Notes under the pieces: model-generated
What the model was told of the DNA's origin: nothing
The model's database searches: none
The model's input: the letters and a program-made list of their open reading frames with translations, nothing else
Made by a program: the position numbers and the translations under genes
Shown: positions 27,354 through 39,462 of the stretch, piece by piece
How the letters are laid out: every line of letters starts with the position of its first letter
Numbering within the stretch: position 1 is the first letter of the stretch
Assembly (NCBI GenBank): GCA_051362555.1
Contig: CM120640.1
Span: 56,088,788 to 56,152,787 of the forward strand
Length of the DNA: 64,000 nt
DNA from: Lingula anatina
Lineage: Eukaryota > Animalia > Brachiopoda
Direction of reading: 5' to 3'

Positions 27354-30300
27354 ATGACAGACGTAGAGAAATCCAACCGGCCTGAGTTCTACGTGCCAAC
27401 ACAATTTTGCCAAGATGACCAAACAGCGCAAGATTGGCAAGATGAAGTTTTTGATAATACTCAAATGGCCTCAGCCAACCAAGGTCAAATAGAAGGTAAA
27501 AACCAAGGTGAGCAGCGCGATACGTCACCAAGTGCAGGAAACGAATGGTCATATGCTATGGAGAGAGAGAACACAGCGCCACTATCAAGGGTTCACCGCG
27601 AAAGCAGTCACCTGTCGGATCTGTCCAGCGAAAGTTCAGAAATTACGTACAAATGTACCTTTAACCACCATTCTAGAGAGAGAATGTCGTCGTGGGATGA
27701 CAAGAGTTACTCGGTGCCACGTTGTAAGTCTACTGGACATTTGAGAATGCAGAAGAAGCAATTAGCCCAACGCGGCATCTCGGCGCCGAGTCCCCTCCAT
27801 GAAGCACCGGGAGGTTGTGTGTCGCCAACGGATGAGGAACCAAGTACGCGGAGGACTTTGCCTTTTGCTAATGTATACGAGTTTTTCGTGTCGTCAGACT
27901 TTTATGATGATGACCTCAGATATTTCAAAACTCACGGGTTTCTGAAACTTTGGAATGCGATGCCTCAATTCATCAATTTGCGGCGACTGTCCCTATCACA
28001 CCTGGACCTTTTGGCCTTACCTGAAGACGTCCATTGGCCGGAAAGACTTTCCCATTTTTACCTGTCTGGAAACAGGCTCTCCGTTTTGCCATCGAGTATG
28101 GAACATTTGCAGTCGTTGGAGTTCATACACCTTGGTGGAAACCGATTTTGCAGCATCCCCCCTGTGCTGAGGCGGCTTAAGATGCTGACGGGTCTGGACT
28201 TAACCAACAATTGTCTTATAGGCGAAGGTCTGGTATCGGGTAGGTAAACGCTTTTTATTTCTTCTGAATAGATATGAAATGTCAATAGGGACATAACAAA
28301 AAATAATAATTAATAAAAATAAAAATGCAAAACGCTTGTAGATGCAAATAGCGGATTGCTCTTGCAGGGGTTCGATACGCCAGAACTTTTTTCCTTATCC
28401 GTTTACATAATGCGGCAATCAACATTGACAACTTCTGAAAAGTGCTACTGGGGTGAATTTGCTTATTCAGACTGATGGGGTCTTTTTTCTTTTTGGGTGA
28501 AAACTGTAGTATCATGATCTCTCTCACTTGGACAGCTAACAACACCGTATTAATCACATTAATTAGTCCTATAATCCGGTGCAAGGATTGCCAGGATTTT
28601 TCTTGAACGGCTTATCTTTTATCAGTAAAGATGCGAAATAATTCCTTTGATTAAAGCCTTTGTTTGTTTGAAACTCAAATTATTGGCTCATATCTCGTAA
28701 ACAAACAAACGATAAATAAATAAAAGAAATACCCTGGCGCCTGATTGTAATGCACCCTAGTCGCGGCCATGTCTCTGTAAAGTTGGAAATCGATCACTAT
28801 CTGACACCGATTTACGATAGCGATATTGACTGTAAAGCTTGGCCACTGAATGTATAAAAGCGCGAGAAGTGGTGAATAAACCGATAATGATGAAAGTTTG
28901 TGCTCTAAGTGTCTATTTTTTAAACTAATATCGAGTTACATATAAGTATTTTAGATAAAAACAAGGGGAGTATTTTGACAAATATGGGCCTTTACAACGC
29001 ATCGAACCCCCTTAATGTACCCACTGTTGTCTGAAACCTGTTGCATTAGCCCACCGAACTGCGCACATGCATGTGTTTTCAATAACATTAAACGTTTTAA
29101 AACATATGGCACTGTTTACCATGAAATCTTAAAATATTCCACTGTAAACAGTACGTGACATATGTTTTAAAACGTGAAGATTTTCGTGCGTGTACGTTAC
29201 TCTGACCACAGGGTGAGCCAGTAGTATGTTACAAAAGCATTGTGCGACAGCTCATGCTTAATTTTTGTATACTAGTTTAGAAGGCCCTGATATGTGAGGG
29301 TAAAGTTACGTAGCTGAACCGCCGTTTTATGATATACCTCAGTAGAAAATTATTTTATCAAATATCACGTTGATGGGAAGAGAGCACCTGACACTACAGG
29401 GAATATCTTATATATGTCAGAAGTATGGGGTCCAAAGTATTTTTTATTTATTTATTTATTTTATTTTTTTTTTTGTTCTTGGAGTTAATCGACTCTTAGT
29501 CAAATAATAGAAGAGGACATTTCGTTGATAATCTATCCTTCAACAGGAAACTGCAAAACCAAACAAAACCAAGACAATAACATCCTGATATGGTTTGTCA
29601 TGCCTAAAACAGGAAATTCATCTAGTCAAATTTCCTGTCGCGTCTTAAAAATAATATATATGATTTTTTTATCCTCTCAACACACGCAATTGTTTATTAA
29701 TTGAATGGAAATAATGCATAATTCCTTGTCAACAAAAAAGGGGATTCTGCACTCAACATGCCCAAGGGTTAGAGAAAAGGATTGTCCGAATAATTTCATT
29801 TCATAATCTTTCATTTTATCATTTCAAACTTAATAGAAATAATACCTTTGGTTTGGGATAAGAGCAGTTCAGAATATTTTTAAATAGCTACTAAGGTATA
29901 GAAAAGCATCCAACAGGTTTTTTGTACATAATTTTAAATAGGTGATTGTCATTTGTATCCAGAGGTTTTAGAAATCACTTCGGATTACGCGTAGTGCCTC
30001 CACGGGGTACTACAAGTTTATTAATCCTCGGTCACAACCGGCCTTTCTTGCGAAATTTCGAGTTCGCAAACAGCCCGTAAGCGCGTACGGATATATTGGA
30101 CATGTCCAACAAACTCTGCGAACAACCAGGCCGCAAGTGTAACTTGCTCCCCTCCCTCGAAGTTAGCAGGGAGTTCGCAAGAAAGACGTGCGATTTTAAA
30201 GGTATTGTGGGAAGAAAAACCGTGACCTAAGACCCTCGCCGTAAGCAATAAAGGAGCATATTGCGTGTTGAAAACGGCGCACCTCCTCACAACTTACGAA

Positions 30301-32027
30301 CATCATCGAACACGGCGGGAGTGCGGCACACGTGCGTCACTCACACGCAAGGAGAAGAAAGGCGTGCGCACGGCGCACGTTCGCGTTTTGCCAATGATCA
30401 TCGATTGTGCAACGTGTACAACAATTTTCAAAAAGCTCGAATTTTGCTCAATTTAGCTTCAATATGCCTCTAAGAGGCAAGGGATAGAAGCTTAGAGAGC
30501 AGAGTAGAAAGGAGGAGGAAGAAGAAAGAAGGGGAGAACAGGAGGCAAAGCTGACGTACGCTGTCAGTACGTCATAACATTTTCTCTACTTCTATGGTCA
30601 TAACGAGAGTATGGAGCAAGTCCGACGCAAAAGTGACGCAAGTATGAATTACTTTCGCCGTGTATTGTATTCTCTTTGTAAGTTGTGAGTGTGTGCCACG
30701 TGCGCAAGTAGCAAGATAAACTCAAGAAATGAGTACAATTTCCACGGCAATCGCACTAGTAATAATGAGCGTCCCTGCTTGAAACGATATCTCCCTGTGA
30801 CGCGCAAGGCAGTCTTGCGCCTTACCATTGCAACCCTTCTTCTACCGCTACGAACTCTACTGCACACAAAATTCGCAGGCGATGTACGTTCCTTAAAACT
30901 GTGCGTCCGGTCGTGACCGAGGCTTAATATATTCTATATTTTTTTTTATTTTGTCATTACGCTTATGGTTTGCAGACGTCTTCTCTTGTCCAGTTTGTCT
31001 GAATGTCGTCTGGTTGTGCGCTCGTCTTTTTAGATTGTTTCTATATACTATGCCTGTGTAGGGCATATTATTTCTAATTCCTGTCCAAAGCACGTGTTTT
31101 TTGTCGGCAGGGCACGTGGCGTTTACGTGTTTTGACAATCCAATAACGTGATCGTGCAAGTTTGTGTTTTCGAACAAGTTTTTTCATCGCAAAGTCACCT
31201 TTAAAAATGTCATACGATGTTGAGACTTCCTACCACTGATACAAAATTATATTTATATTAGTTTGATAAGTCATATTATTCCGCAAACAATAACAAAGAA
31301 AAAAATGAAAGGCGACAGCTTTAGTCTTACGTGGTTACTTCTGTTCACAGATTTTGACTTTGCGCCTGATCTGTTGCCACACGGATTGGAGAACTCACTA
31401 TTCCTAGCCGTATGACAATAGATAAGGTGACCAGTCCATACAGGTCATTTACCTAGTGAAAGGTCTCAGATTGACACCGCAACGTCGGTCAGTTGCTAAA
31501 TGTAAGTTCCAGTATCAGAGTTATTCATATTGTATCGCAACTGACTGAGTTTTTTGATATTGCGACTAGCTCAGATCATTCATTTATGCCAACAACGGCC
31601 TAAGAGTTTTGTTTGCGGAGCGTGTACATTTAATGAGAAAAAATAAGAAGATTGGTATATGCAAGCTTAGAGACCATTCCCACAGATATTTAGAACGATA
31701 TATCCCCCTGGGGAGTCTCACTAAATTGCTGTCAACTTGGCCTGCTTAAATGTCTGTCACGCCTAGTTAAGCTGTTAGGGGGTAATTATCTTTACCCTAG
31801 CTGATTCGGTAGGCGTGACAGACATTTAAGCCTCTTGAGCTAACAGCAATTTAGCGTGAATCCCCAGGGAGTTAGGTCGATCCAGATGGATTGATCTAAA
31901 TCTGTGGGAATGCAGTCTTAGATAATTTTGTAAAAGGGTTTGCATTAGTATTCAAATTACGCATCTTCACGTTCCAAAAAGAGTTTTAAAAGTAGCTAGC
32001 AAAAGTAAAATATAAAAGAATAGACTT

Positions 32028-32058
<31 letters not shown>

Positions 32059-35006
32059 GGGGGGGAGGTCCAGCATGTGAATTTGCTGTCGAATTAATTT
32101 CTTACGCGTTCATTACAGGGGCTGAGGTGGAAAACTATGGTTTCCAGGAGCTGCGTTCTCTTTGCCTTGCCTGTAATGTAATAGATAACCTTCCAGGGAA
32201 GTTCTTTTTAATGAAGCAGCTACAAGAACTGGATGTTTCGTATAACCGCCTGACTCAAATTCCAGCTGCCATACGAAACTTGAAGGTAATTTGCAGCGAC
32301 TGATAAGTGAGGGAGATAGTGCTTTGCTCTACCTTTCTCCCACCTAAATTAAAATAACAGAAAAATGCTGTAGGTTCACACTTGCTCCAACAGCTCGGTC
32401 GACATAGGTCTACTTAAAATCCTTTCCGTTATAATGACTTTCAGTACAAATCGGGAGTCTCAGAAAAAACATTCTGCCCTATTGCTAACGTATTTCCCTT
32501 CTCTGCTACACGAGTTAAAAACCCGAACATTTCCACTGACTTATTGCATGTGAAGTCTAGGGCCAGATCCATTACAGGAAGTCATATAGTATCATAAAGT
32601 TGTAAGTCCTCCCGCAGATTTACATTTATCGGCCAAAATGTAAAAAGGAAGAAAAAGGTTTTAGGTTTGACTGCTTATGCGCGGTCTTAAGTAGTGTGCC
32701 AACAGAGTGTTTTTTTACGCGTCCTATATTTTTTGTAAATGCAATATTTTTATCAGTTGTGACTTTGCGAAATACCAACGGTCAAAATGACAATCTGATT
32801 TAAATTTCATGAATCAGATCGTTATTGACAAGTTTTATTATGGTCACATTTTATATGGTTCCGTTATTTCATTATTTTATTTCATGTTTGCGTTCTTATT
32901 CGTCTTTATCTCTCTGGTCGAATTAAAATGTAAAAACTCTTCAGAAATTGGCGTAAGTTCCGTTGTTGTCATTCTGGTCCTAGTGGTAACTGAATAATTA
33001 TTTAAACATACATGTAGCACTCTATAGCGACATTTATGCCATTGGATTTGAGTATGACATTATAGTGTCATGTGTTTTTGATTAGTTTAGCTGCAGATCA
33101 AGAAAGGTGCAGAAGATACATTTACCCCCTCCCCATATACCAATAACTTTCGCTCAGCTGATATAATTAGGTCATCCTTTTCCAAAAAATACAATTACTT
33201 TGTTATTCTTAATTTTTCTTTGTCAAGTTGTTTTTTTATTTCAGAACTTGGAGTTTCTTCGATTAACGGGCAACCGGCTGCAGACGATTCCTTCGGAAAT
33301 CGAAAGCCTTGACCGTCTGTTGTATCTCTGCCTTTCTGAAAACGCTCTCGTCGACATTCCAACAAATGCGCTACATCGACTGATAAACATAAAAAGCCTT
33401 TGCCTGAACTCGAACAGACTTCCCTGTGAGGTAGTAAAGGGTATACAAGTGATACAGGAAAGCTCACCCTTCGTCAAAGTTAGTCTCCGTGAAAACTGCA
33501 AGTATTTCATCGAAATAAGAGACGCCTTCAGAGCGAAACTGCGTAAGAGAAATTGATTTTATCAGATTGTTGTTTAACTTTGAAGACGAAAAAAGGGGAC
33601 TTTAGGGAATAAAAAAAACATATTATTAGATTAACCAAGAGTTCTTAAAAGATGCTTCGATATTTGTCTACCATCACATTTTGTTAGTACAATCCCCAAA
33701 TAACCCTTTTTAACAGATTCCATTTCGTTTTTAGCGGAGATAGAAATGTAAATTAAATTGAATTAAATTAAATTTTAATTATTTAAAAATACATGTACAA
33801 ATGGATGTAACTCCTCCAAGGCATTAGTTCAGCCTATTTGAAAGGTAAATCTCTCTCTTTTAGTTCGTGTCTGCCACAAAAATAAGGTCGCTGTTTTCAA
33901 GCAATTACAAATATCTTGCTCCTGTAACTGTATAAAGATCCATGTAATGTTATACATTATGACAGATTAAAATAAGGTCAACCACTGATAAAAAATTCCA
34001 TCTCACTGATTTGGTTGCAGAAAATGAACTGCTTTACAATTTTTCTCTCATTATATTTGGTTCATAATTATCCCATTCCCTTTTTATTTATATATTCATT
34101 TATTTATTGTAGATCAATATTTTGAGAAAGATGGCAAGATCGACTTCGAGTCAGATGTGTACGTCATGCACGCCGACCACGCAGAAGATTACGCTCTCGT
34201 AGACCAGGAGATTGTCCCACATCTGGAGGAGCGGAATCTCAAAGTGAGCAACCGTCTATTTTTTTCTTGTGCCCAAATCGAGTAGAAAACGTAGTAATAC
34301 TTCACATATTCAAAGTTCGTGATTTACAAAACGAACACACAATGTGAATATTTTGAAATGTAAATCGACAGTTGATAGTTGCAGTTTTATAAAGGATGTT
34401 TTATGAAGGCTATCCAACATTCAAGCCATTTTGTTGTTGATTCATTCTTCTTTAAACATTGTTCTATTTACATGAATAATCAGGGTAGGAACTTTTTACA
34501 CTTGTCAGGGCAAAATGTTTTGCGATTTCTCAATGTTTTGTATGCTGGCACCTACAAAATCTCCTCTGTTTTTATCGTGAGAGCATCCCCATTAACCTTA
34601 ATTCAAAAAGCATATGTTAATAAGTGGTTGTTTGAGGTTAAAAAGTGGTATTGGCAACCTTATATCCTTTAACTTCCAGGTAACGGTAAACATCCAAGCC
34701 CTGAGGCCTGGCTTACCTGTCAGCGATCAGCTAGTACATTTTATTGAATCATCGAGGAAGATCTTGGTTGTTTTCACCAAGAACGACGTCTTTGAACACA
34801 CTTGCAAAGAGACCCTGACTAAAGTAAAGGCAGCACTGGAGAAACGCAAGAAGGAAGTGTCAGAAACATCACCCATTGTGCTTGTAGAGTGGTGCCCCAA
34901 GTCCAAGGTGCCACATGAATTCAAAGATTTGTATGTTATTCATAGACGGACTCCGACGCATGAAAAACATTTCTGGCCAAATATTATAAATGCTATCACA
35001 CAATAG
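27354..35006 (+). CDS. Cytosolic leucine-rich-repeat plus TIR domain protein, 602 aa; exons 27354-28239, 32119-32285, 33245-33542, 34113-34243, 34680-35006
   Basis: Exons join in frame (phases 1,0,1,0; 1809 nt). A Ser/Glu-rich N-terminus of about 180 aa precedes about 9 LRRs of the LxxLxLxxNxLxxLP type. TIR motifs follow: box1 FESDVYVMHA, BB-loop ALRPG, IESSRKILVVFT, PIVLV, box3 FW. No signal peptide, LRRCT or TM helix is visible. Confidence 0.85.
30021..30927. mobile_element. About 0.9-kb non-autonomous TIR element (PIF/Harbinger-like) in an LRR-TIR intron
   Basis: Ends TTAATCCTCGGTCACAACCGG and CCGGTCGTGACCGAGGCTTAA are inverted repeats (19/21 match); interior is GC/CpG-rich relative to the flanks. 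Confidence 0.7.
31669..31920. mobile_element. Palindromic MITE (about 250 bp), family copy 1
   Basis: AGACCATTCCCACAGAT / ATCTGTGGGAATGCAGTCT ends and internal inverted arms CTTAAATGTCTGTCACGCCTA / TAGGCGTGACAGACATTTAAG; related copies at 43700-43968 and 62368-62520. Confidence 0.8.
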
Positions 35007-35114
35007 AGATAAAATGTGAAATTCAAACAAACCGCACAGTTGGTTTAGGTAGTATATGCTACACATACAAATAAGCTCGAACTCAGTTATTAATGGAGGT
35101 TATCAAGAGTTTAA

Positions 35115-35530
35115 AGGGATAATAACTCTTCGTATGAGATCTATATTTCACAATAAAAACATTGTAAACAACTCATAGAAATATAACATATTCTGTTTTA
35201 CCACAAAAACGGCAGTTATAGCTATTATTCTGATATCTGAGTTTGTCATCAGATCACGTGACCTCCATAGATGACTATACTCTATAACAATCTCTTAAGA
35301 GATTATTACTTTATTGTAATCTCTTAGGAGATTATTGCAAAAAAAAAAAAAATAATAATAATAATAAAAAAAATACTTTTTAGAAAAAAAAAAACAAAAC
35401 AAAAAAAAAAAAAAAAACAGGGACTAACTTTGAATGTAGAAATGGATTCGTTTACCATTGGCAAGTATGGAAAATTGTTGTTTACCCCAAGAAAATTCAT
35501 TTTTGGACAAAACGAACAGTTATTATCCCT
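35115..35530. mobile_element. Non-autonomous TIR element with TTAA target duplication (Kolobok-like)
   Basis: TTAA|AGGGATAATAACT ... AGTTATTATCCCT|TTAA; diverged second copy at about 57600-57890. Confidence 0.75.
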
Positions 35531-35704
35531 TTAATAATAGGTGTGTTTAGACTGAGGTTTTAAAGCTGGAGTGCTGTAAACTTCATGACTAGTCGATCAA
35601 TTAAATTTTCCTGTTTCTAGACAATGTTCATCGTCTGAACTTGGGCAAATTAGCATAAAATCAAGCTAGATTTATTGGGCTTTCGAGGAGATCTTGAGCA
35701 GAAC

Positions 35705-36209
35705 TAATGGCAGGATAGGGAGTGCAGTGCGGTAAAAAATAAAAACTCACAAAAATCACCCATGGATATCTTAAGATTTTTTCGATTTAAAGAAAGTTTA
35801 TGCAGAATTGTAGCCATTTTTACATCAGTGGGAATTCACAATGTTTCGCGTGTCACTCGTTTTCCCAACGCATAGGTTTTGACACTTTTCGTTAAAAAGT
35901 GAAACCCCATTTTACGCTTATTCTCGCATTATTATCTGGTCTCGTATGACATCACGCACTGCCGTCAGCCTCTTCTTTGGTGATGCCCGTTTACATCTAG
36001 TGATAGCTCCCAATGGTTTTCCCTTGACATAGCTACAGTCTCTTGTACATCTACTTGTTAAAGACGCTTGGAAAATAGACTAGCGAGTCAATTTTTTGGG
36101 TTTTAAAATCTTAAGAATAGTGAGAAATCAATTTGGTAATTTTGTGACGCCTATAAGGCCTAAACCAGTCCAAATACCCGTAATCTTTCAGTGTGCATCC
36201 TGCCGTTAA
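35705..36209. mobile_element. Possible degenerate TIR element
   Basis: TAATGGCAGGAT ... ATCCTGCCGTTAA inverted ends about 500 bp apart. Confidence 0.35.
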
Positions 36210-38415
36210 AGTGTTGAAACCCGGCTAATATTTGATGTACTTCCCATTTACTTCCAATATTATTAAGTTAACATAAGTCTGAGATAAAAGATACATGCAT
36301 AGATTTTAAGCTTTTTTTATAATATAAGGCAATGGAAATAATAAGTAAGGGTTTATTGCGCCTTCATTATAGTTTGACTTTAATACATATTTAGTCTGTG
36401 TTTCATTTATTTATATTCAAAAGAAGAAAATATTCAAAATACAGTTCTCGCTTAATAAATATTGTTGTAAACACTAACATTTTATCAATTTCTTATGTAG
36501 GCTTGATACTTACGAAGGTCAGTTTGAAAAAACAAGTTGACACTGCCACGCACTCGAGCATTTCCCTTAGAAATCACGATGTCTGTTTGTATTTTCAGTA
36601 CGTAAATAGGAACTTGAAGAAAAATATAGTACGTTCTATATCCTTGTTCATGTCTACGTAACTTAAGAATAAACGTTCAAGCAACGTAGATTAGTCATCC
36701 AGGGAGTCGTATTCTTTAGTTTTTTTAATCTGCATTACTGGACTTAGACTTCCAATTGAATCTTGTTGATGCTGTAACCTCTCCTCTCGGGGATTTCAAT
36801 CGGTCCACTGAGAATATCGGCAGAACTTCATGTATTCTCAGTCTTGTTACGTAATTTGGAGGTTGATCAAACATGTCCCAAGAAGATTACGCAACAGAAC
36901 TGAAATAGATTGAAACGACTTTATTTATATATTTTTTCGTTTGTTGGTATTTATTTAAGTATTTAGCAGACCCATCAAATATATTGCTGCACGCCACTGA
37001 AAGTTCATTTCTAGATCACCTTCGAATGAAAAAGCTGGCAAACAATCCAGTAAGTCACGTTAGAAACACAACTTATGTAAAACTACTGTTGTTGCAACAT
37101 GCGTATTCACTGTCTTGTTACGTAATCTTAGTTTGCACGAAAATTTAATGCTAACTTGTTAAAATGACATGTGGTTTATATTGTCGTAAGTGAAAAGGAG
37201 CAATATATATATATATACAATAGTGAAAATGCACGAATAAAATGACTGGCGCAAACTTGGTATTTTTTGATCTGTTGCCTTTTGAGACGATATTTGACCA
37301 ATACGCACCAAACAGCAAACGTGTCTCAAAGCCCCTTGAGATGATGAGGCTTTTTCAATGTATTTGGCTGTTAACTTCCCAATTTGCAGTGACACTCTGA
37401 GACACCTGTTTTAACATATACACCCTTGGTCAAAATGTTGCCCCACCTTCAATTCTTTGTCTTTTTTTCGTTTTAATCATGATCATATGATCATCTCGCA
37501 TCTTGAACAGTGTTTCTTATATCAGATACCATATTTAACATGACTCACGGTACAGAAAATACGAATACCCGTGAAGATACCCCTATTTTATACCATTTAT
37601 TCAAATTTAGACCATACATCCCCTCAAATCTCGGAAATCTGATGTTCCACACTGAATCTCACAGTCCATAAAATTAAAACAGTAGCACCAAATGGCACCA
37701 AATTTATACACAATTAGCATGAGCATGTGCTCGTTAAAGACCGCATGTCTAATTAATAGCGTGAGTTAGGGCCTACTACCGTACTGCCTTCAACAAGGCA
37801 AGAATTCCGGTTTGTGGAAAATTACATCATTCGTCCAGAAAAGCTTTTCGGAATTGGTCCAGATTGTTAGGGGGCTGAATTTCCACTGCATTGGTAACTC
37901 CAATTCAGGAAGCAGCTGCTCAGTAAAGATAGTATCAGGGCTCGAAGAAAGTTGTTCCATCCTCCCATCTTCAGAACATTGCGTTTCTGCAACAAATCAC
38001 TCACCAGACGATAAATGTGAGCAAATGTGTACTCGTGGTGAAGCCTGTGATTATCCCCGAGTCACCTCTTGCAAATGGAGTGAGATATATGTTTAAAATG
38101 TTACATTTATTTTTTTCCGGCATCTTTTGCGTGATCTAAAAACCTCCAATTCTGATTTTGACGATCACGCACGCACGCACGCAACCATTTCTTATTGTGC
38201 AATCTCTTTAATCAGCCTCAAATTAAATATTCGGTAAATTTATTTTCCAAGGCGTCATCTTTGAAAAGATAACGAGGTCCAGTTTGCAGGCGTGGCAACA
38301 TCACGGGAAATTATCTTTGATCGTGAAATTGAATATCAATCAGAGCCTCACGTGGCGTGGGCATTTTCTATTTTTGGAGTTTTATATTATGCTTAAATGA
38401 AATCCTTTTTGTAGG

Positions 38416-38912
38416 TCGTTGTTTTCCTATCTCTGCGTGAACGTCATGTTCATGATACCAACTGTGCGGTCGGATGAAGTAAACTTCCAAGGTATGGTAA
38501 ATAAAATAGTGTCGTTGTAACAGGGATGGAAGTCCGCTAGGAACAGTAGTCCGCTTCCCATTACTTTGTACAGGTGACATTCGTCAAATATACTAACCCT
38601 AACCTGTACTAATCATATGGGAGCCCGGTCTTCCACTCCTAGGACACCAATCTTTGTGGGCTAATCTTTGAGTGGGGAATTCGTGATGAGAATGGCGAGA
38701 TGGGGTATTCTTTTGGGACGTCCCCTGCCGTTCTACGCTGCGAAGTCCGATGGGAGGCTTGGCCAGCAGCGACGAGTACCTGTGGCACTGAAGCCACCAA
38801 AGAGTTTTCACGATCCTACAAATCGAGATTTGGAGAGTACAACTGGTTTTTCAACAACTGCCACATGTTTGCCAATCGACTACCGGGCATGTTGCAAAAC
38901 GGCGATTGTTAA
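38416..38912 (+). pseudogene. Probable disrupted gene for a secreted permuted papain-like (PPPDE/LRAT-type NlpC/P60) protein
   Basis: 38643-38912 reads DTNLCGLIFEWG...GEYNWFFNNCHMFANRL...C*, carrying the YxxxxNNCxxF catalytic-Cys motif. A putative upstream exon at 38416-38491 reads like the end of a signal peptide (SLFSYLCVNVMFMIPTVRS). The linking segment 38574-38642 has stops in all three frames. Confidence 0.45.
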
Positions 38913-39297
38913 CCTTGCTTCGGGGCTGCGGAAACAGGGGATGAGGATTGGATGGTGAAGTTAGTAAAATCTGGCAAACATTGTACTATATTTAAGTTGC
39001 AACAGGGGAAACATTCACAATCATTTTAACAAACTCAAATTAATAAGTGCCCGATGTCGAGGAATAACACAGCTGTATGTTATGAAAATACAAGAAACCT
39101 ATGAATCACTAACGTACTCGTTCGAGAATGTCATGTAGAATTTTTTTTCTTGTGCTCATATTGCGAGAAAAAATAATTTGAATTTGAAAACACGCATTTA
39201 CGAGATATGACTTAGTATAAATTAGATGACAAGTTTTCAGTATGCAACCAGTTTTATGCATGACCGCCTTGTTTTTTACTACCCCATTGCGATTATT

Positions 39298-39462
39298 CAG
39301 ATTCATTTATATTCTAAAAAGGTTTATGAATAAAACTTTGCTGAACAACTCAAAATTTGCTGCTTTTGATTTGCGTTAATCATTTATATTTTAAAGAGGT
39401 TTATAAATAAAATCTTTGCCGACCAAACTCAAAATTTGCTGCTTTTGATTTTTGTTAATCAC
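39298..39462. repeat. Tandem duplication, unit about 80 bp
   Basis: TCATTTATATT...AACTCAAAATTTGCTGCTTTTGATTT...GTTAATCA occurs twice. Confidence 0.8.

Noticed and set aside
30021-30916. Cluster of overlapping GC-rich short ORFs
   Set aside because: All lie inside a TIR-bounded element, with no recognisable transposase or other protein motifs.
36831-37130. Two GTTACGTAAT (PAR-bZIP D-box-like) sites
   Set aside because: Both sit in similar 25-30-bp contexts, suggesting repeat-derived duplication, and no target promoter is evident.
37812-38096. 94-aa Cys/Ser-rich ORF upstream of the PPPDE-like remnant
   Set aside because: It has a non-ATG start, no signal peptide or recognisable motif, and I could not splice it convincingly to the downstream exons.
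38593-38604. TAACCCTAACC telomere-like sequence
   Set aside because: Fewer than two full repeats; compatible with chance or a branch-point region.
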